This document shows, piece by piece, positions 52,245-64,000 of a DNA stretch of 64,000 nt. The DNA lies in NCBI GenBank assembly GCA_038087875.1, contig CM075993.1, forward strand, positions 10,728,001-10,792,000, written 5' to 3'. The notes below the pieces were generated by a model. That model was not told where the DNA came from. It was given only the letters and a program-made list of their open reading frames with translations, and did not search any database. Source of the DNA: Malacoraja senta. Lineage: Eukaryota. The position numbers were made by a program, and so were the translations under genes. Positions within the stretch are counted from its first letter, which is position 1. Every line of letters begins with the position of its first letter.

Positions 52245-55200
52245 CTTTGTTGCTAACACTTTGGTTCACTTTCAGTCATGATGCCAGAGATAAGGATGGA
52301 GCCAATGACTTGGGAACAGAGTTTGTGATGTGCTCTATAATTAGTTAACGGAAGATTTTGCTCATTCAGTGTCAAACCAACAGGCTGACATCTTTGCAGA
52401 GATCAGGAAAAGATGTGTCAGTGCAGATGAAAACCATGCCAAGAATCTGGAGGAGGAACTAGATTTAAAGTGTTTCTCTGTTGCAAACAGAACCTTCCTA
52501 TGAATGTTCTTTAGCTATACTTAATTAGTTTTTCATGTGCAAACATTCCTTTCAATTTGATGTAGTATTTAATTTCAAACTAAATATGTTTGGTGATTTT
52601 CATGATATATTTAAATACTAGTCCAGTTTATTGCCATGCAATCTAAAGCTGATAGTAAGCAACATTTTAGATTAATAGAGAGAAAATGCTGAAGTAACTC
52701 AGCGGGGAGACAACATCTCTGGATGGAATGAGTTCTCTGCCTCAGAGGGCGGTGGAGGCCGGTTCTCTGGATGCTTTCAAGAGAGAGCTAGATAGGGCTC
52801 TTAAAAATAGCGGAGTCAGGGGATATGGGGAGAAGGCAGGAACGGGGTACTGATTGGGGATGATCAGCCATGATCACATTGAATGGCGGTGCGGGCTCGA
52901 AGGGCCGAAAGGCCTACTCCTGCACCTATTGTCTATTGAATGGGTAATGTTTCGGGTCGAGACCATTCTTCAGACAGTCAGGGGAGAGGAAAACTAGAGA
53001 TATGGAAGGGCAAGGTGTGAAAATGGGGACATGTAGGAGGAACATGTAGAATAGATCATTGTTAGCTAGGGGAACGTGACAACAAAGAATATAAAGATAC
53101 AATTTGAATCAGGACAGTCAAGATTGGTCGGAGAACTAGAATGGGGGACGGATGGAAAGAGAGGGAAAACAAGAGTTACTTGAAGTTAGTAAAGTCAATA
53201 TTTTGTCAAAATGAAGCAACATTTTGTTGCCTCAAAACTATGTCCTTAACCGGAATTACAACAACATTTCTCATTCTCAGATTTAACTGCAATTTTAACT
53301 TGCTACAGACAGCGGCAACTGTCATTACTGAAGCTTAATGAACATGCTGTTTGGATAAAGTATTAATTTACAATGAGCAGAGAGATAAATAAGATGGCAG
53401 GATGCAGGGATACAGGAAGTGGTGAAATTTGACAATTAGCTCAGGACATCAGCACAACCCACCACTTCCTGTAGATACAAACTATGGCATTTTCAGTTTC
53501 AACATCTCTAAAACTAGCAAGGCACACCTTGCACCACTGCAATGAACACATAAGCTGTGTTGTTTGATTATAAACTAAGAATAATGTGTTGCAATTAAAT
53601 AGTAAGGAAAACATTCATCAAGTGATCTTTTATTTGTGCAGTTTGGATGAAACCAAAAACGGACCCTCAAGTTAATACTGTTGATGCTTTGCTTTTGTGC
53701 TTGCAATTGTTCCTTCCAATCAGCCAAAGTCAGCTCCTCTCCTCTGCATTTATTTCCTTTCAACGATTTCTGGCAGTATCCACTTCCTCTGGACTCCATT
53801 CTTTCCCCAACCCTTCCTCTCTCCCTGCGACCCCGCCTCAGGAGAGTTGAAGTGCAACATGGTTTTGCATGAAACAATGAGATAGAACGTAATCGGAAGG
53901 AACTCAGATGCTGGTTTACACGGAAGATAGACACAAAATGCTAGAGTACACCTCAGAGGGACAGACAGCATCTCTGGAATGGGTGACGTTTTGGGTCGAG
54001 ACCTGTTCCTAGTTCTCCAGCCATTCTGACTGTCCCTGAGTAAATTTTATCTCTGTATGCTTCGTTGTCACCTTCTCCTAGCTAACAATGATCTATTCTA
54101 TATTTTCATCTCTTTTGATGTCTCATTTTCACACCTTTCGCTTCCTTATCTCTGTGTGTCCCTCTCCCGACTTTCAGTCCGAAGGGTCTCGACTCGAAAC
54201 GTAATCCATTCCTTCTCTCCAGTGATGCTGTCTGTCCTGTTGAGTGACTCCAGCATTTTGTGACTATCTTTGATATTAAAAAGTGGAACAGAAAGACTAG
54301 GAGTAAAAATAGCCAGAAATTGATGCAAAACAAATCAGCTTCTCCGCTCTTTAGTATCAATTTCATTCAGTGAAGCAGCACAAGAGACTTCTGATGAGAC
54401 CCAGTCAACAAGTCTTAACACATTGTGGCTTCCCTCCTGTAGAGACCTCATTTACCAGCACTGGCTTATGGCCTGAAGGGCCTCTATTATATGCTCTCAA
54501 TCCCAATCTCCTAGAAAAGATACAATTATTGCCCAATAAAACCATTGAATCTGCACTGTGTCAACTCTTAATTTTGTAAGGAGACTTAAATAGCACACAA
54601 TACTTCAAATCCAATTCAAGCCATTCCTTCTCTCCAGAGATGCTACCTGTCCCGCTGAGTTCTCCAGAATTTAGCGTCTATCTTCGATTTAAACCAGAAT
54701 CTGCAGTTCTTTCCTTCTCAAAACCTTAACCATTCTTTTCCCACAGATGCTGTTCAGCTGACTGAATGTTAAAAGCATGCATCTTGATCGACAACTTATT
54801 GCTATTTACGTTTGCTATTGTCCAATCCATTGGGACTAATCCTGAAACTTCAAAATATTGAAAGGGTTATTATAGAAAATTATTGAAAATGGCTCTTTCT
54901 GATTTACGAAGAAATCCGCTTACGTACAGTCCAGGATGTCTAATTTAGAGATACAGCAGCACAGAAACAGGCCCTTCGCCCACCTAGTCTGCACCGACCA
55001 GCGATCCCACACATTAACACTACCCTACAAAACACTAGGGCCAATTTTACATGTACACCAAGCCAATTAACCTCCAAACCTGTACGTCTTTGGAGTGGAA
55101 GCCCTGCGAAACTTGGGGACCGTTTCTATGCACGATAAACTTCTGTGGTGTGGGAGTATGACGCACACCGAAGATGCAGGTGTAACTGACCTTCTCTGCA

Positions 55201-58200
55201 CCCCTCCACATAATATCTAGGAACACATGGAGCTAATGGAACAGCAAAATTTTCATCAACACCCTTAGTTTCACTAGTCTTGGGTACCATGTACAATGCA
55301 GCCCCAATCAATTTGAACAAATTTACTATTCTTTATAATAACTGTGGTCTTTTGGGGGAAGAAAAAAAACAACTTAATGAGTGTTTAGAGAAACAGGCCC
55401 TTTGGTCTACCGAATCCATGCCAACCATATAGTAGGTATACGGTTCAACAATATACTAGGTAGATCACCCGCATACTAGTTCTATGTTAATCTACTTTCG
55501 CATCCTATGCACTAGGGGCCATTTACAGAAGCCAATTAACCTACAAACCTGCATATCTTTGGAATGTGGGGGGAAACTAGAGCACCCGGAGAAAACCATG
55601 AGGGTCACAGAGAGAACGTACAAACATTCTGCTTCCCTTCTCTGCGGAAACAGGCCTTTCGGCTGACCGGGTCCACACCAACCAGCGACACTAACACTGC
55701 CCTACACACACCAAGGATAATATACATCTACACCAAGCCAATTAACCTAAACACCTGCATGTCTTTTGGTGGAAACCTAAGATCTCGGAACACAGGCACA
55801 AACTCCACACAAATAGCACCCGAGGTTAGAATTGAACCCGGGTCTCTGGCGTGAAAACATATAAAATTAGATAGAAATTATGGACTTAGAAAGTTTTGGC
55901 AACTGTTGATTCCCACAAGAGATTCTTTCTGTAAAAATCTTGAGTGCAGCATGCAATAAACAAATTTCCTTCGCTCCATAGATGCTGCTGCACCCGCTGA
56001 GTTTCTCCAGCATTTTTGTGTACATGCAATAAACAAACACTGTTTGACTATTCTTATTCTCAGCTCATGCCAGTAGTTTACATGCTGTAATTCAAAATCT
56101 GATTCCGTTATATTAAACTGCCAGGTACTAACTATAACCCAGAAACAGGCAGTGATTTAATGCAAGCATCAAAGAATCATAGTGTCATACAAATAGTTTA
56201 TTATTTTCAGAGAGGCTAAATGCTTAGAAAGCTAATAAAGTATGAATCGCAAAGGCAAACATGTAGAATAAAATCAGTAAAAGCAATGATCAACGTTAGA
56301 ATTCAACAAGTTTTCTGGTCAGTAAAATGAGAGATTCACAATATGCACACGACAAATAAGACAGGACAAATATATTTTCAGTAATAATTGAGAATCTCAA
56401 GATGGTATGGAGATGGTGATAGGTAATCAAAATGCAAGCTGATCAAGGAACATATATTGAAACTTGCAAAGTTTAGTTTAGTTTAGAGATACAGCCCGAA
56501 AAAAGCCCCTCGGTCCACCGAGTCTGCATCGACCAGCGATCCCTGCATATTAACACTATCCTACACACACTAGGGACAATTTAAACCAAGCCAATTAACC
56601 TACAAACCTGTACGTCTTTAGAGTGGGGGAGGAAACTGAAGATCTCGGAGAAAACCCACGCAGGTCACGGGGAGAACATACAAACTCTGTACAGACAGCG
56701 CCCGTAGTCAGGATCGAACCCGGGTCTCCGTGGCTGTGAGGCAGCAACTCTACCGCTGCGCCACCGGGTCGCCCCAGTCTTCCAGTACTTCACCAGGTGG
56801 CTGAAGATGATACAAGCATCTCTGCCAAAGCCCCTGCAATTTCTTCTCTGACGTCCCACAATCCAGAAAATTACCAAAACTCACTCTCCAAAATAAATAA
56901 CATTGGAATTTTAAATTGAAGTATCATCTTAGAAAACAGTGGTCGATTTACTAGATTAGCATTCAGAAGCCTGGGCTATTGATCTGGAGAAACGAGTTTG
57001 AACTCTATCATGGTAGCTCAGGAATTTGAATTAATGACGTAAATATCGGTGAACATGAAGCCACAATTGTTGCAAATGTTATGCCTGGATAATTAATATT
57101 CTTCAGGGAGGGAAATCTTTAATCTTTCATCCTTACTCCTTTTCGCCACATGATTCCAGACGTGTGAAAATGCACACCTCCAGACCACAACCAAATCATC
57201 CTACCACAACCAGAGAGCAGTCATGAACAACTATCCACTTCATTGGTGACCCTCGGATTATCCTTGATCGGACTTTGCTGTTTTACCTTGCACTAAATGT
57301 TATTCCCTTATCATGCATCTAAACATTGTAAACGGCTCGATTGTAATCATGTATCTGCTTTCTGCTGACTGGATAGCATGCAACAAAAGCTTTTCACTGT
57401 ACCTCGGTACATGTGACAATAAACTAAACCGAACTTAATTCACAGGTAGACAAAAGTGCTGGAGAAACTCAGCGGGTGCAGGAAACTATGGAGTGAAGGA
57501 AATAGGCAACGTTTCGGGCCGAAACCCTTCTTCAGACTGATGTAGGGTGAGGGGCGGGGAGAAGAAAGAAGAAAGGAAGAGGAGGAGCCCGAGGGCTGAG
57601 GGTAAAACTGTCTTCGGAGGGAGGAGGAGAACTTTGAAGAAGTAAGCATACTTAATTCTCTCCTGCCCTCTGAAATGGTGCAACCATTAGTTCAGGATGC
57701 ACATCAGGACAAGCAACAAAAGCCAGCCTGGACAGTGATCCTCACATCTCATTAATTAATAAATTAAAAATACTAGGCTTAGATTTCACTTGCTGCACTC
57801 TACTGTCAACCCATTTTACTTTAAATGGTCTTAAGTGATGTGTTATTGTATGAATTGCACAGTAATTCAGCAAACCAAACATTTATTTTGTGCTGTTTGC
57901 AGTAATGTGCTAACATATCGCTAGAATCAAGTGAGACATTTATATGACTGGAAAACTTGTGCAATGAACAGCAAAACCATTATTTCCAAATACGAATGTA
58001 CCCAAGTCTTGATCGCTTTCTCAGCTATCACTACAAACAATGAACTACAATAATGTAGTATGGATGCCACAGGCAATCTGTAGCTGCTTCCCACGTACCA
58101 TGGCTAACGTTGTAAGACTAAATGTCCAGGTTTGTCTTCATAACAGTTTAGAGTCTAAGGGTCCAGGACATGTATGTAATGCTGAGGCTTTATAAGGAGC

Positions 58201-59932
58201 TGGTTAGGCAGCATTTGGAGTATTGTGAGCAATTCTGGGGCCCATGTGCTAGTTCTGGAGAGGGTCTAGAGGAGGTTTACGAGAATGGTCCCAGGAATGA
58301 GTACTTTAACATATGATGAGCGTTTGTCGGCACTGGGCCTCTACTCGCTGGAATTTAGAAGAATGAGGGGGGACCTCATAGAAACACCAAATTGTGAAAT
58401 GCCTGGATATGGAGGATGTTACCACTAGTGGGAGAGTCTAGGACCAGAGGTCATAGCCTCAGAATTAAAGGACGTTCCTTTAGGAAGGAGATGGAGGAAT
58501 TTCTTTAATCAGAGGGTGGTGGATCTGTGGAATTCATAGCCACAGAAGGAGGCCAAGTCAATGGATATTTTTAAGGCAGAGATATATTCTTGATTAATAC
58601 TGGAGTCAGGGGTTATGGAGAAAAGGCAGGAGAATGGAGTTAGGAAGGAAAGATAGATCAGCCATGATTGAATGGCAGAGTACACTTTATGGGCCGAATG
58701 GCCTAATTCTGCTCCTATCACTTATGAAATGACATCATATGAAGTATTGTTTTGAGAATTGTGATACACACATCTCAATAACAGCAGTACAACAGAAAAC
58801 ATACTGAAAGAATTCAGTGGGCCAGACAGTATCAATGAAATAGATGTGTCTATCTTTGCAATTAGGATCTAAAAAGCTGGAATAACTCAGCGAGTCAAGC
58901 AGCATCACTGGAGGAAAGGAATAGGTGACGCTTCAGGTCGAGACCCTTCTTCAGACTGTATCCAAGTCTCAAGGTCCCAACTCCAGTTGAGACCATTCAT
59001 TCGGTCCAGATGAAGGCTCTCGACTCAAAACATTGTTTGTTCATTTCACTCCTTAGATATCGCCTGGCCTGCTGAGTTGCTGCAGCAGTTTGTTTCCATT
59101 GCTCTAGATTCCAGCGTCTGCTGCCTTGTGCTAGCTGTAGGCGGCACCGCAGTACAGCTGCTGCTTTACAGCGCTAAAGACCCGGGTTCGATCCTGACTA
59201 CGGGTGCTTGTCTGTACGGAGTTTGTACGTTCTCCACGTGGGTTTTCTCCAAGATCTTGGGTTTCCTCCCACACTCCAAAGACGTCCAGGTTTGTGGGTT
59301 AATTGGCTTGGTATAAATGTCAATTGTCCCTAGTGTGTGTAGGATAGTGTTAGTGTCTGGTGATCGCGGAGTCGGTGGGCATAAAGGCCTGTTTCTGCAC
59401 TGTATCACTAAACTAAACAATATTCTGTCGTTCCATGGGATGCGATAGTTATAAGGGAGTGAATATGAAAGTTGTCAAGTTCCAGCAAGTGTGTCGAAAT
59501 CTCTCATTCACAAAACAGCCTTGCAACCATCTACGAGATACATGTCATGTTCTTTCCATATACATCTCATCAGTTAAATAAAATGAATGATGAACATTTC
59601 TCATCGACTCATGCTGATCCCCAATGCCACCCAGACACCCACATATAACCTGCTCTTTCTCACATGCCCTAGAATTCTCCCCCGATTCTCCTATCAATAA
59701 GCCACAAGAAATTGCATCAGTCGATTAACTGCCAACTCACCCATATCAGAAATGAAGACATTGCTTCAAAATGCTTCATTTATCACAAAAACTATCAATT
59801 TTTTGCTGTTTATGATCTTCATTCATGGACCCACGATGGATTCGAGGACCAGAGGACATAGGTTTAAGGTGAAAATATTCAATGGGAATCTGAGGGATAA
59901 CTTTTTCACACAAAGGGTGGTGGGTGTATGGA

Positions 59933-60113
59933 CACGTATCCACGCACACACTCGCGTAACCCCGTACACACTGGCGTATCCCCGCACACACTCGCGTGTC
60001 CCCGCACACACTCGCGTGTCCCCGCACACGCCCACGTATCCGTGTACACACTCGCGTATCCGTGTACACACTCTCGTATCCCCGCACACACTCACGTGTC
60101 CCCGTACACACTG
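59933..60113. repeat. 20-bp minisatellite (~9 units, cccgcacacactcgcgtgtc)
   Basis: Direct tandem units abutting a LINE fragment. Confidence 0.9.
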
Positions 60114-60594
60114 GCAAACACATCAGAGCACGCCGTAGGGTGTTCCGTTCTCGATCACCTGGCACCATTGGCGACACGGTCCAAGGCTGGGGCTCTCTCA
60201 TCTGAAAGGACGCCCAACACCATCCTTTATAGCATTTCTTATCAGAGCAGACCAGGCCACTGCCCCCTCCCCGAGCCAATCTTAAGCCCCCTTGTCTGCA
60301 ACGTTTCTGCGCTATTTGCGGCAGGAGGTCTACCTAACTATTGTTGTATTTTGCTCACTAACGCTACGCAGGCAGGTAGAACAAATGTAGCTGAGGCATG
60401 TTGGCCGGTGTGGGCAAGTTGGGCCGAAGGGCCTGCTTCCATACGGTATCACTCAATGACTCTATACAAAATTATATTTTATAGAATTATGCTGGTGGCC
60501 TTGCCAAGACTCGATGAGCCGATATAATTGAATCATTGCTTTTACTTCTGAAAAATGGTCAATTGGACCATTCTACACTTATAGCTAATTCTTA

Positions 60595-60968
60595 AACTTA
60601 CAAAATTCTTAAGGGGTTGGACAGGCTAGATGCAGGAAGATTGTTCCCGATGTTGGGGAAGTCCAGAACAAGGGGCCACAGTTTAAGGATAAGGGGGAAG
60701 TCTTTTAGGACCGAGATGAGAACAACATTTTTCACACAGAGTGGTGAACCTGTGGAATTCTCTGCCACAGAAGATAGTTGAGGCCAGTTCATTGGCTATA
60801 TTTAAGAGGGAGTTAGATGAGGCCCTTGTGGCTAAAGGGATCAGGGGGTATGGAGAGAAGGCAGGTACAGGATACTGAGTTGGATGATCAGCCATGATCA
60901 TATTGAATGGCGGTGCAGGCTCGAAGGGCCGAATGGCCTACTCCTGCACCTATTTTCTATGTTTCTAT
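60595..60968 (+). mobile_element. CR1/HER1 LINE 3' fragment (others at ~385-1010, 2200-2570, 16685, 21640, 23100, 26270, 28170, 48065, 52730, 58170, 61465, 62780)
   Basis: Near-identical to 9795-10170. Confidence 0.92.
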
Positions 60969-63414
60969 CTGTGGCCTTAGTATATCTGTACCTGCACGAG
61001 CAGCAGGTATGAGACAGCCAAGGTAAGCACTTTTACTTTGGCCTTTAGAAGGTGAAACACAGTAGAACTCGTGGAATGCCTTGGTTGTAATTTTGTGAAG
61101 TGTTATGGGGACCAGCATTCAGGTTTTTTAATACCATGCAACGAGGATACAGCGAGGTTACCGCGCTCCTCATCTCCGAGCCAAGAATGTTGTATTAAAT
61201 CAGGAGTTAAACTGAATGTGATTGCCACGCGACAGCCAACATCCACATACAGCATGATTTACACCACTTACAAGACTTTGACAATTTAAATCACAGCTAA
61301 ATCGTACTATGAGTATCAATCAACCTGGCACATTTCCAAAATTCTGACAATTTACTACTGGGAATGCTAGCTTCTGAAACAACCTGATATTGAAAGTTAT
61401 GTTTGGATAATAAGCAGATTTTTTTAAAGTACACGTTTACAGCTGAAACCCAGACTCATAACTTCATTAGTGATAGGAGTAGAATTAGGCCATTCGGCCC
61501 ATCAAGTCTACTCTGCCATTTAATCATGACTGATCAATCTCTCCCTCCTAATCCCATTCACCTTCCTTCTCCCCATAACCTGACACCCGTACTAATCAAG
61601 AATCAATCTCTGCCTTAAAAATATCCATTCACTTGGCTTCCACAGCCTTCTGTGGCAACGAATTCCACAGATTCATCACCCACTGACGAAAGGAATTCCT
61701 CCTCATCTACTTCCTAAAGGAACGTCTTTCAATTCTGAGGCTATGACCTCTAGTCCTAGACTCTCACATTGGTGGAAACATCCCACTCTATCCAGGCCTT
61801 TCACGATTTGATAAGTTTCAATGAGATTCCTCTTATTGAAAATGAAAAAAGATAGCTAACCAAATTGGCACAATAGTTTAGTTTATCGTCACATGTACCA
61901 GGGTACAGGGGAAAGCTTTTTGTTGCATGCTATAGAAACATAGAAAATAGGTGCAGGAGTAGGCCATTCAGCCCTTCGAGCCAACTCCGCCATTTAATAT
62001 GATCATGGCTGATCATGCAAAATCAGTACCCCATTCCGGCTTTTTCCTCCGTATCCCTTGATTCCGTTAGCCCCAAGAGCTAAATCTAACTCTCTCTTGA
62101 AAACATCCAGTGAATTGGCCTCCACTGCCTTCGGTGGCAGAGAATTCCACAGATTCACAACTCTGGGTGAAAAGGTTTTTCCTCATCTCAGTCCTAAATG
62201 CAAATACACTGACTGGGCTTGTATTTGCTGGAATTTAGGATGAGAGGGGATCTTATAGAAACGTATAACATTCTTAGAGGATTGGACAGGCTAGTTGCAG
62301 GAAAAATGTTCCTGATGTTGGGAGAGTCCAGAAGCAGGGGTCACAGTTTAAGAATAAGGGGTAGGCCATTTAGGACTGAGATGAGGTGTGATGGTCTGGG
62401 CTGCGTCCATAAATCTCTGCAATTTCCTGTGGTCTTGGATGGAGCCGTTCCAAAATCATACTTGCCAACACAAAATTTAACAATTTGACAAAGCTCATGT
62501 CAAAATGGGACCAAAATCATATCTTCTCAAAAACCCTGTTGTTTTGTTTGCAGATACTATAGCAGTATTCACTGACACCGTTACAGCTTTATAAACAACC
62601 ACTTACATGCGTAAATAAGTCAAATGTAAAAAGGATCTCCACTATTAAGAAAAGGATTACTTGCAGAAGCCTGAAAAGACAATGTTTGATTTAATGTGAA
62701 GTCTGCAATCTGACAGATCAGAATAAAATGCAAAAAGAGTTCACAAGTGTTCAGTGTTTTTGAAGGCCCTGCATTTAGTCAGAGTCATACAGCGTAGACG
62801 CAGGCTATTTGGCCCATCTTGCCCATGCCAACCAAGATGCCCCATCTACACTATAAAGCTATTTATCTAAAAACCACCTGCCCGCATTTGCCACATATCC
62901 TTCTAAACCTTTCCTATCCATGTACCCGGCCAAACGTCTTTTAAATGTTGTGATAGTACCTCCTCTGGCCACTTGTTCCACATACTCAGGTTCCTGCTAA
63001 ATCTTCCTCCTCTCATCTTAAACCTATGCCCTCTAGTTCTTGATTCCCCCAACTCTGGGTAAAAGACTGTGCATCTACCTTATATTAACTTATACTCTTA
63101 TATGCCTCTATAAGATCACCGCTCATCCTCCTGCGCTCCAAGGAATAAAGTCCTAGCCTGCCCAACTTCTCCATATAGCTCAGGCCCTCAAGTCCTGGCA
63201 ACATGCTCGTAAATCTCTGCATGCTGTCTAGCTTAACAACATCTTTCCTATAGCAGGGTGACCAAAACTGAATGTTACTCTAAATGTGGCTGCACCAACA
63301 TCTTGTACAACTGCAACATAACATCTCGACTTCTATACTTAGTACCCTGACTGATGAAGGCCAATGTGCCAAAAGCTTTCTTGACCACCCGATCTACCTA
63401 TAATGCCACTTACA

Positions 63415-64000
63415 AGCCACCTCCAACAGGATCCCACTACTGGCCACTACTTCCCATTTCCACCCTTTTCTGCTCATTCGAGAGACCATTCTCTCCGAAA
63501 TTCCCTGGTCAACTCGTCCCTTCCCACCCAAACCACCCCCTCCCCCCTCGACTCCATTCAAGGACCCAAAAGAGTCTTTCCAGGTGAGGCAGAGGTTCAC
63601 TTGCACCTCCTCCAAACTCATCTACTGTATCCGCTGTTCCAGGTGTCAACTTCTCCACATCGGTGAGACCAAGCGCAGGCTCGCCGATCGTTTTGCTGAA
63701 CACCTCTGCTCAGTCCATCTTAACCTACCTGATCTCCCAGTGGCTCAGCACTTCAACCCCTCCTCCCATTCCCACACTGACCTTTCTGTCCTGGGCCTCC
63801 TCCATTGTCAGAGTGAGGCCCAGTGCCAATTGGAGGAGCAGCACATCATATTTCACTTGGGGAGCTTGCACCCCGGCGGTATGAACATTGACTTCTCTAA
63901 CTTCAGATAGCCCTTGCTTTCTCTTACCATCCCCTCCCCAGTTCTCCCACTAGTCTTACTGTCTCCCATTACATTCTATCTTTGTCCCGCCCCCTCCCCT
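63415..64000 (+). mobile_element. Penelope-like element 3' fragment (GIY-YIG endonuclease)
   Basis: ORF 63584-63910 (LIYCIRCSRCQLLHIGETKRRLADRFAEH) is similar to 51630-52035. Confidence 0.9.

Noticed and set aside
55126..55320. 64-aa ORF in unique sequence
   Set aside because: No recognisable domain, non-ATG start, and no convincing splice sites.
59933..60113. CRISPR-like array or coding repeat
   Set aside because: Spacerless 20-bp minisatellite in eukaryotic DNA.

Overview
Repeat-dense vertebrate DNA, most likely a cartilaginous fish (skate/ray): the repeats match elasmobranch HE1-type V-SINEs and HER1/CR1 LINEs. A 200-N scaffold gap lies at 38883-39082. The only clear host gene is the last four coding exons of a RAB8B-type small GTPase on the minus strand (31106 to 20990, ending in the CAAX box CALL), with a probable ~2.7 kb 3'UTR. 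Its upstream exons were not found. The rest is transposable elements: a complete decayed Gypsy element with a Helitron in its 3' LTR and a young CR1 LINE inside that Helitron, Penelope-like elements with many hammerhead-motif derivatives, a DD34E Tc1 remnant, and Harbinger- and hAT-like MITEs. The most interesting signals are (1) two DNA transposons carrying captured host-gene 5' ends: ALG13 exon 1 in a Helitron and the CHST14 N-terminal transmembrane segment in a TIR element; (2) a 28-bp element made only of two TIRs with a perfect 8-bp TSD; (3) the hammerhead-motif Penelope-derived foldback family with long TSDs; (4) four-level TE nesting. Gene identities come from remembered protein sequences, not from searches. 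Boundaries of degraded repeats are approximate.
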